64,000 nt of DNA from Polyangiales bacterium (GTDB taxonomy: Bacteria > Myxococcota_A > Polyangia > Polyangiales > JADJQN01). The stretch spans positions 96,001-160,000 of the forward strand of contig CAXNJO010000006.1 of NCBI GenBank assembly GCA_964202905.1. Direction: 5' to 3'. Position 1 is the first letter of the stretch; every line of letters begins with the position of its first letter. This document shows, in pieces, positions 52,422 to 64,000 of this stretch. The position numbers were made by a program, and so were the translations under genes. The notes under the pieces are model-generated. The model was not told the origin of the DNA, did not search any database, and was given only the letters and a program-made list of their open reading frames with translations.

Positions 52422-54064
52422 ATGAGCCTCGAGCTCTCCGTGTGGCGCGAGGCCTGTCGTCACCTCGACATCGAGGAGTCCGTCGCGCGTCTGCTGCCGC
52501 CGCTCGCCGCCGCGCTCCCGGTCGCGGCGGTGATCGTGCGGCGCCTCGACCTCGCGCGCCTGCGCCTCGAGACGGTGGCCGCGGCCCGCAGCCGGGCGCG
52601 GCGCAGCGCGGCGCGGCGCGCACGGAGCTCGGCGCCGCGGCGCGGCGGCGCTCGCGCAGCGCGCGGCGGCGGGCGCGGTCTGGCACCGCGACGCCGGCGC
52701 GCGGCGGGCACCCGGACGACGTGCTCGCGGAGGTCGTGCCGGAGGGCGTCGAGGGGGACGTGATCGCGGGTGCGCTCGTCGACGAGGGGGCGGTGCTCGG
52801 CGCGCTCGTGCTCGTCGCGCGCGGGGGCACGCGCTTCTCGGCGTCGGACGTCGCCGCGACGCGCGGCCTGCTCGAGCCGTTCGCCGTCGCGCTCGCGAAC
52901 GACGCGCGCGTGCACGAGCTCGCGCGGCTCCGCGAGGCGGTCGAGGCCGAGAACCGCGCGCTGCTCTCGCGGCTCGGGCGGCAGAGCATCGTCGAGTCGA
53001 TCGTCGGTGAGAACGCGGGCCTGCGCCTCGTCATGGAGCGCGTGCAGCAGGTCGCGAACACGGACGTACCGGTGCTCGTGCTCGGTGAGACGGGCAGCGG
53101 CAAGGAGGTCATCGCGCGCGCCTTGCACGAGCGCTCGCGACGCGCGCGCGGCCCCATCGTGCGCGTGAACTGCGGCGCGATCCCGACCGAGCTCGTCGAC
53201 AGCGAGCTCTTCGGCCACGAGCGCGGTTCGTTCACGGGCGCCGCCTTCGCGCGCAAGGGCTGGTTCGAGCGCGCGGACGGCGGGACGCTCTTCCTCGACG
53301 AGGTGGGCGAGCTTCCGCTCGCGGCGCAGGTGCGCCTCCTGCGGATCCTGCAGGACGGCACGCTCGAGCGCGTCGGCGGGCAGCGGACGGTGAACGTCGA
53401 CGTGCGCATCGTCGCGGCGACGCACCGCGATCTGCACGCGATGGTGGAACAGGGCACCTTTCGCGAGGACCTCTGGTACCGCATCAGCGTCTTCCCGATG
53501 CGGCTGCCGGCGCTGCGCGAGCGGCTCGAGGACATCCCCGCGCTCGCGGCGCACTTCGCGGCGCGCGCGGGTGAGCGCCTCGGCGCCGGCGCGCTCACGC
53601 CGAGCCCCGACGACCTCGCGCGGCTGCTCGCGTACCCCTGGCCCGGGAATGTGCGCGAGCTCGCGTCCGTCATCGAGCGCGCGGCGATCCTCGGCCACGG
53701 GCGGCGCCTCGAGGTCGCCGCGGCGCTCGGCGCGGACGCCCGCCGCGGGACGTCGGTGCGCCCCGGTCCGCCGGAGTCGCCGCGCACGCCGTCCGCTGCG
53801 TGGTCGCCCGACACGCCGTTCCCCGCGCCGTCGCCGTACCGCGCCGAGCCCGTGGACGCCTCGACGCGCGCGGCCGAGGTCGCGCGGCTCGACGAGGCGG
53901 TGGTGCGGCACATCGAAGCGGCGCTCGCCCGCACGGGCGGCCGCATCGAGGGGCCGCGCGGCGCCGCGGTGCTGCTCGGCATCAACCCGCACACCCTGCG
54001 TGCCCGCATGCGCAAACTCGGCGTCGCGTGGGCGCGCTTCCGCGACCCCGACACGGGGCGTTGA
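52422..54064 (+). CDS. Sigma-54-dependent transcriptional activator (GAF-like + AAA + HTH), frameshifted in N-terminal region
   Basis: GETGSGKE, NCGAIP, SELFGHERGSFTGA, LFLDEVGEL, FREDLWYR, YPWPGNVREL, HTH; N-terminus MSLELSVWREACRH is in another frame, switching at ~52585-52700. Confidence 0.9.
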
Positions 54065-54160
54065 CCGGCGCGCCGACGCCCCGCGTCACGGCAACACGGA
54101 TTACACCTGCAATCTGGATGCTGCTGCGACGCGACTGCGTCGGAGGACGCCGCGCTTCGC

Positions 54161-54706
54161 TCAGTCGTCGCCGTCGAAACCAGACGGCTTGCGCGCAGGC
54201 AGCGGGGAGGACTCGGGCGCGGGCGTGCGCCCGTGCACGAGCACGCGACGCTCTCCGGAGAACCAGACCTCGATCTTCCCAGCCTCGGGGACGGCCTCGA
54301 CGACGCCGCGCCCGAAGGTCGAGTGGTCGATGGGATCGCCCACGCGGAAGGTCTCGATCGGCCGGTATTTCCGCACGGGACGCAGCGGATCGACCGTGAC
54401 GCGCGGGCCCGGCGGCGCCTTCGGTGTCGCGCTGCGCGACGCGCGCGGGGCCTTCCCGCCCGGGGCGGCGGCGGCGCGGGGGGCGGCGGGCGCGCGCGGC
54501 GATTTCGCGGCCTTCTCGCGTACGGGCGGGCGGTGCCGGTGCACGGCGCCGCACTGCTTGCACTGCACCTTCGCGATGGAGTCGCCGACCTTCGCGACGA
54601 CCACGTGCCAGACGTCGCCGCACTTGCCGCAGATCGACTCGACGTCGTTGCCGACGTTCGTTCCGACGCCCGCCTTGCCGAACCCGGACTTGTCGCCTGC
54701 CACCAC
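54161..54706 (-). CDS. Zn-ribbon protein with C-terminal PcrA/UvrD-Tudor-like (DUF3553-like) domain
   Basis: CGKC...H...CKQC...H; basic linker; FRVGDPIDHSTFGRGVV...IEVWF; GGAGG before GTG. Confidence 0.78.
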   Translation of the reverse strand: MVAGDKSGFGKAGVGTNVGNDVESICGKCGDVWHVVVAKVGDSIAKVQCKQCGAVHRHRPPVREKAAKSPRAPAAPRAAAAPGGKAPRASRSATPKAPPGPRVTVDPLRPVRKYRPIETFRVGDPIDHSTFGRGVVEAVPEAGKIEVWFSGERRVLVHGRTPAPESSPLPARKPSGFDGDD

Positions 54707-54868
54707 GCTGCCTCCGTGATCGGGCCGCGTACGGCGGCCCGCTTCGTCGACGCGGTGTGCCACTTTCGCGTGCCGATTCAATGCATTTCCGCGCGCAAGA
54801 GGGCCTCGCGCGCGCTGCCCGATCGCGCCGCCGTGTTAGCGTCCCGGGCCGATGCGAGGAGGCGACCG

Positions 54869-56312
54869 ATGACGACGCAGCGCTACGATCTCGTGGTCCT
54901 CGGGACGGGCCCCGCGGGCGAGAAGGGCGCCGCGCAGGCGGCGTACTTCGGCAAGCGCGTGGCCGTCGTCGAGAAGGCGCCCCAGCCCGGCGGGGCCGCC
55001 GTGCACACCGGCACGCTGCCGAGTAAGACGCTGCGCGAGACGGCGCTCTACCTCTCCGGCCACCGCACGCGCCCGCTCTACGGCCTCTCCGTGAAGCTCG
55101 ACGACCCGCGCGAGAGCGTCGCGCGCCTCATCGCCCGCAAGGACACGATCGCGGGGCTCGAGTCGGCCCGCATGCGCGACAACCTGCGCCGCCACGGCGT
55201 CGACTACGTCGAGGGGTACGGCCGCTTCGCCGACGCTGCACGCGCTCGAGGTCACGCACGCCGACGGGCGCGTGACGCGCCTCGAGGGCGAGAAGTTCCT
55301 GATCACGACGGGCAGCCGACCGCTGAACCCGCCCGAGATCCGCATCGACGAGCCGGACGTCTACGACTCGGACGAGATCCTCGGGCTCGAGCGCCTCCCG
55401 CAGAGCCTCGTCGTGCTCGGCGCGGGCGTGATCGGCTGCGAGTACGCGTGCATGTTCGCGGCGCTCGGCGTCACCGTCACCGTCGTCGAGGCGCGCGACG
55501 CGCTGCTGCCCTTCCTCGACGAGGAGATGGGGCAGCGGCTGCGCGCCGCCATGGAGCGCCTCGGCATCACCTTCTCGCTCGGCGTGAAGTGGAAGCGCGT
55601 GGACCGCGACCCCGAGCGCGGCCTCTTCTGCGAGCTCGTCGACGGGCGCCGGCTGTGGTGCGAGAACCTCCTCTTCGCCGCGGGGCGCGTCGGTGCGACG
55701 CGGGACCTCGGCCTCGAGCGGATCGGCCTCGCGCCCGACGCGCGCGGCTACCTCAAGGTCGACGAGCACTACCGCACCGAGGTCCCGCACGTGTACGCGG
55801 CGGGTGACGTGATCGGCTTCCCGGCGCTCGCCTCGACCTCGATGGAGCAGGCGCGCGTCGCGGCCTGTCACGCCTTCGGCATCCACTACAAGTCCGACGT
55901 CCTCGGCGTGCTGCCCTACGGCATCTACACGATCCCCGAGGTGAGCTGCGTCGGCGAGACCGAGCAGGGCTGCCGCGAGCGCCACATCGATCACGTCGTC
56001 GGCCGCGCGTTCTTCGCCGACAACGCGCGCGGGCAGATCACGGGCGACGTCGAAGGCATGCTGAAGCTGGTCGTGCACGCGCCGACGCGGCGGCTCATCG
56101 GCGTGCACGTCATCGGCGAGCGCGCGAGCGAGCTCGTGCACATCGGCCAGGCCGTGATGCAGCTCGGCGGCAGCGTCGACGTGTTCATCGACATGGTCTT
56201 CAACTACCCGACGCTGTCGGAGGCCTACAAATACGCGGCCTACGCGGCGCTCGGCGCCCTCGCGGAGCGCGCCGCGGCGGGCGTGGTTCAGACGAGGAGC
56301 GACGCGCAGTAG
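54869..56312 (+). CDS. sthA: Soluble pyridine nucleotide transhydrogenase, one apparent frameshift near 55237
   Basis: VVLGTGPAGE, HTGTLPSKTLRE, GAGVIGCEYA, AGDVIGFPALASTSMEQ, PYGIYTIPE, FNYPTLSEAYKYAA. Confidence 0.9.
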
Positions 56313-56995
56313 AGCGCGACCTCGCGCTCGGCGAGGATGCTCTCGCAGGCGTAGACGTTGTCGCCGTCGCAGTCGGTCTGCGCGCCCCACGCGATCACGA
56401 CGGCGTCCGTCTCGCTCGCGCGGCGAACCCACGTGTCGGCGACCGAGAGCGAGGCGCCACGCAGGTCGAGAATGATCGCGGAGCGCGTGCCGCGGATGGG
56501 CGGCACCGAGGGCGCGACGCGCGACGTCATGCCGAGCGCGGCGAGCTCGCTCGCGAGGTCGTGCGCGCGCCGCACGTCGTACGCGACGATCCACACGGTG
56601 TCGGTGCTCGCGGCGAGGCGGAGCGTGTCGCGCGGGATGACCGCGGAGATCTCCTCGTCGTAATCGTCGAGGGGGACCGGGGGCGGCATCGTCGTCGGCA
56701 TCCGCGGGGAGGGCGGGGCGGGCAGCATCGCCCCGAGGCGGTCGCAGAGGGCCTCGGCCGTCTCCGGGCCGAGCGCGCGCGTCATCGCCTCGCGCAGCGC
56801 GGTGCGCACGAACACCGAGAGGACGTCCGGGTCCGTGGGCATCGACGGATGGCCCGCGTCGTCGAGGGCCGCCGCGACGAGCGCGCGCCGCGTCGCGGGC
56901 GACGCGACGGCGTCGATCTCCTCTTCGACGAGGCGCGCGACGAGCAGACCGATGCCCCCGGCGGGACTCCTGGGCATCGCGGAGGGTGCGCGCAT
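56288..56995 (-). CDS. Hypothetical protein (helical N-domain, Pro/acidic linker, alpha/beta C-domain)
   Basis: Protein-like composition and GC3 bias; 3' end overlaps sthA; start uncertain. Confidence 0.65.
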   Translation of the reverse strand: MRAPSAMPRSPAGGIGLLVARLVEEEIDAVASPATRRALVAAALDDAGHPSMPTDPDVLSVFVRTALREAMTRALGPETAEALCDRLGAMLPAPPSPRMPTTMPPPVPLDDYDEEISAVIPRDTLRLAASTDTVWIVAYDVRRAHDLASELAALGMTSRVAPSVPPIRGTRSAIILDLRGASLSVADTWVRRASETDAVVIAWGAQTDCDGDNVYACESILAEREVALYCASLLV

Positions 56996-57072
56996 CCTGC
57001 TCCACAAGGTGGCACGCGATGCGGTGGTCGTCCCGCGCCGACACGCAGATTTTGCGCGCACTGCGGGGATGT

Positions 57073-59354
57073 TCAGAACGACGCCGGGTCCGGGAGCGCC
57101 CAGCGGAGGTCGAGCGTGAGCGGCGTCGTCGCCCCGGGCGTCGGTGCGCGGAGGGCGTCGATCGCGCCCGCGGGGGCCGCATCGACGACGACGCGCGCGT
57201 CGCGCCGGCGCGCGGCCTCCGCGAGGTCACGCGGGAGTCCGTCGTAGGCGCCGCCGCCCGGCGCCCACGCGTGCAGCGTGAGCCGCTGCGTCGAGGCCGC
57301 GCGGGCGTGCTTCCACGCGAGGACGACGGGCTCCGTCGGCGGGAGGAGCGGGTGCAGGCCGGGCCGCGGGACGAAGGCGCGGTAGCGCAGCCCCGCGACG
57401 AGGGCGGGGCCGCGCGCATCCCGGGCGGCGACGAGCGGGACGCGCACGCCGCACGCCCCGAGCACGACCCCTTCGGGCAGCGAGCCGTCCTCGCCGCGCA
57501 GCACGAGCTCGAGCCGCACGGTGCTGCCATCGACCCAGCGCGCCGCGTGGCGTTCCTGCGAGGCGGCGTCACCCACGAGTGGCCAGTGCTCGATCGCGCG
57601 GCGCACCCGCAGCGTGACTCCGTCGAGCGCGCTCGCGCCGACCTCGCGGTGCGCGCCGTCGTGCAGGGGCGCGCGCAGCGCGGGCGCGAGGCCGAGGCCC
57701 GCGGCGTCGAGGTCGGCGAGGACGTCGTCGAGATCCGCTTGAAGGAAGAACGGCAGCGCGAACTCGTCGTGCAGGCGCGCGCCCCACGCGACGAGCGGCG
57801 CGGTGTACGGCGTCGCGGCGAGGCGCGCGCAGACCGCGCGGAGCAGCGCGGCGATGGCGGCGGCGTGCGCAGGCGAGGGCGCCATGCGCAGCGCGCGCAG
57901 CTCCACGAGGCCGAGCTCGCCGCGGCCGGGCAGCCGCGGGTTCGCGAGCTTCTCCACGTTGATCTCGGCGCGGTGCGCGTTGCCCGAGTGGTCCGCGAGA
58001 AAGGGTGCGAGCGTCGCGTGCAGTGTGCGCGCGTCGGGTGGCGGGACGCGCGCGAGCACCTCGAGCGCGAGGGCGAGCTCGGCGACGATCTCGGGCAGCC
58101 CCTCGTCGGCGCGCGGTGACTGCGACGAGCTGCCGAGCGAGTCGACCGCGAAGAGGTACGAGAGGGACGGGTGCCGCTGCGCGTAGCGCACGAGGCCGGG
58201 CAGCAGGTGCGGCACGCGGACGAACGGGCTCTCCGCGAACGAGGCGCCGCCGAAGGTCACGTGCCCGCCGCCGCCCGAGTCGCCGAGCGTCCCGTCGAAG
58301 CGCGCGCGCAGCGGGGCGAGGCCGACCTCCGCGGCGCAGGCGTGCACGAGGCGCTGCTGCGCGAGGTAGCCCGCGAGGTCCGGGCACGGCGCGGCGTTGA
58401 CCTCGACGACCGCGGGGTCGGGCGTGACCGTCGTGTGCGCGACGCGCGCGTCGACCGGCGGCGGAAAGCCCGTCCAGACGAGCGCCGTGACGCCGCTCGC
58501 GCGCGCGGCGTCGGCGACGTGCGCGACGAGCGCGAGGAAGGCGTCGACGTCGGGGAGCGCGGGCAATTCCACGCGCACCGCCTGCGCGCCTCCCGCGGCG
58601 TGATCCGCGCCGAGCGCGAGCAGGTACACGCCGAGGGCCGCGAGCGCGTCGGTCGCGCCGTCGTCGGGCACGGGCGCGTCGTGCACCGAGGGCCGCGCGA
58701 GGCGTGCGTCGTGCGTCGCGCGCGCGAGCGTCGCGGCGTCGCGCGCGTAGGCGAGGCGATGCGGGAGCGGGACGGGCAGGTCGCCCGTGTCGCAGGCGAG
58801 GCCGGCGTCGCGCAGGCGCGCGGCGAGCGCGTCGCGGAGCGCGCGGGCCTGCGCCTCCGAACGCGCGCGGGCGTGCGCATCGCGGAGCGCGCTGTCGGGT
58901 GCGCCGGCGTGGTGCTCGCCGGTGTCTCCGGAGAGCGGATCGCGCGGCAGCGCAGGCCCCCACACGGGCTGCCCGTCGCGGCGCGCGTAGAGGCCGTACG
59001 ACCAGCGCGCACGCGGCTCGCCCGCGTACTGACGGCCGAGCGTGCGCAGCAGCAGCGCCCCCGGCTGCCGCGCCGCGAGCCGCGCGGTGAGCGCGCGGGC
59101 GCGCGCCTCCTTCTCCTCGCCGAGCGCGGCCGACATCCACTCCGGGGCGAGCGAGAGGCGATCGGTGAAGGTCGGTTCACCGCCGACCCACGGCGCGACG
59201 CCCAGCGCCGCGACGGCCGCGTCGTGCGCGCGCACCGCGTCGTCGAGCGCGGCCTCGCGTGCGGCGTCGTCGGGCGCTTCCTCCCCGGCGCGCGCGGCGT
59301 CGCGCGTGTCGTCGGCGTGGCCGCGTAGGTCGCGGGCGCGCGTCGGTGCGCCGC

Positions 59355-59358
<4 letters not shown>
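57073..59358 (-). CDS. DUF2126 putative amidoligase without transglutaminase domain
   Basis: [65 protein letters not shown] overlaps upstream TGA. Confidence 0.88.
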
Positions 59359-62657
<3,299 letters not shown>

Positions 62658-62823
62658 GGTGGCGCGCAGCATGCGCGCGATCGCGCGCGCGGGACAAGCG
62701 CGGATTGTGCGTGTTTCCCACGGGTTTCGCGGTCGTGGCGCGGGGGCGCGCGACGCGGGAGGGCGCGGCGCGCGCGGCGCCGGCGGCCTTGTGGTGGCGC
62801 ATGGAAGTACGGTACGAGAGCCC

Positions 62824-63145
62824 ATGGAATTTCAAGTCGTCAGCGCGCTCAACGCGCTCGTCACGCTGCTGCTGCAGTGCGCGCTGCTCGGCGTCGCGCT
62901 CGGCGTCGTGCGGAAGGCGCACGCGCAGGCGGCCTACGTGATCGCGGCGGCCGCTGGCGTGCGCGTGCTGGCGACGTGCTGCATCGATCTCGGCCCGCTC
63001 GCGCTCGAGTTGGGCAACCAGTACGAGGCCCTGCGTACGCTCTCGCCGTTCCTCCGCATCGCTGGGACGCTCGAGTTCGCGCTCCACTGGGGCGCCCTGA
63101 GCGCTCGCCGCGGTGCTCCTCGCGCGCGGCCGTCGCGGCGCGTAG
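62824..63145 (+). CDS. Small membrane protein (paralog A), apparent extra base at ~63100
   Basis: Hydrophobic helices; LGVVRKA...AAYVIA...CC; removing one base at 63100 gives ...[14 protein letters not shown]. Confidence 0.55.
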
Positions 63146-63167
63146 CGGCACGAGGGGGAGGCCGCCC

Positions 63168-63510
63168 ATGGATCGTGAGGCGTCCGAGATCCTCGGTTGG
63201 GTGCTGTTCGTCTTCCGGCTGTTCGTGCTCGTTCGGCGTACTCGGCGCGGTGCTCGGGCTCGTGCGGCGCGCGAGCAGCCGCGCGGCGTACCTGCTCGCG
63301 GGCGGCGTCGGGCTCCAGCTCGCCTCGATGTGCTGCTGGCGCGCGACGAACCTCGCCTTCCGCGGCGAGTACGGCGAGACCTACCGCTACGTGATGATCG
63401 CGGACAGCTGCGTGGGGGTGCTCGTCGACGCCGCGTCGGTCGGGCTGCTCGCGTACGCGTTCGTCGTGCTCGCGCGCGCGCTCTCCGCGCCCGCGACGCC
63501 GACGCGCTGA
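63168..63510 (+). CDS. Small membrane protein (paralog B), apparent extra base at ~63231
   Basis: GGGGAGG RBS then ATG; MDREASEILGWVLFVFRLFVL joins FGVLGAVLGLVRRA...AAYLLA...CC after a one-base shift. Confidence 0.55.
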
Positions 63511-63565
63511 CGACCCCCGCGAGCGTGCTTCCCATCCGCGGAGCGCTCTGACAGGATCGCGCCCG

Positions 63566-64000
63566 ATGACGGACGCGACCGAGCGGCGCACCTCCCCACC
63601 CCCGTCGTCCGCGCCGGGTCTCCCCGAGGGGAGCAGCGCGGAGCTCCGGCGCGAGCACCAGCTCACGCGCCTGCTCGCGATGTCCTTCGACGCCGCGGCC
63701 TCGCCCTCGATCACGTTGCGCGCGCTCACCGAGGCCGAGGAGCGCGACCGCCCGTACGGCTGGGGCTTCGCGTGGTACCCGGACGAGACGCCCTGCGCGC
63801 TCGTCGTCAAGGACCCGACCTCCATCGGCGAGAACGCGATGACGAAGCTGCTCCGCGAGTGGGAGCGCTTCGAGTCGACCGTCTTCGTGTGTCACCTCCG
63901 CGGCGCCGCGCGCACGATCCAGGAGCAGGACACGCACCCGTTTTCGCGCAGCTACGCCGGGCGCGACTGGCTCTTCGCGCACAACGGCGACCTGCTCGGC
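63566..64000 (+). CDS. Class II glutamine amidotransferase-like (YafJ/EgtC-type) protein, 3'-truncated by window edge
   Basis: Manual translation: ...QLTRLLAMSFD...YGWGFAWYP...VCHLRGA...DTHPFSR...WLFAHNGDL. Confidence 0.85.
   Translation, partial: MTDATERRTSPPPSSAPGLPEGSSAELRREHQLTRLLAMSFDAAASPSITLRALTEAEERDRPYGWGFAWYPDETPCALVVKDPTSIGENAMTKLLREWERFESTVFVCHLRGAARTIQEQDTHPFSRSYAGRDWLFAHNGDLLG

Overview
Very GC-rich chromosomal window, most consistent with a myxobacterium (Polyangiales/Sandaracinaceae-like, inferred from giant TPR proteins, a MYXO-CTERM-like motif, a TonB-fused receptor and many Cys-rich lipoproteins). It holds about 42 protein genes and one tRNA-Leu(UAA); no CRISPR, integrase or transposase is visible. 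Housekeeping genes: CBS/CorC protein, pdxH, PPK2, panD, cspA, AarF kinase, sthA. A complete sulfate-uptake operon (porin-sbp-cysT-cysW-cysA) lies divergent from a sigma-54 activator, with a GG-N10-GC promoter and five phased 16-bp palindromic sites between them. Most unusual items: (1) a ~1400-aa lipoprotein with an apparent LBP/BPI-like lipid-binding region and an internal MYXO-CTERM-like tag followed by a second lipobox, suggesting a processed polyprotein; (2) two tandem DUF2126 amidoligase genes, only one with a transglutaminase, near a class II amidotransferase lacking the N-terminal Cys and two paralogous CC-motif membrane proteins; (3) a His-less, truncated PtsP-like GAF protein coupled to a TonB-dependent receptor; (4) a DEDDh exonuclease with a WYL-like tail. 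Several single-base frameshifts are probably assembly errors. All family calls come from motif recognition by eye, not database searches.
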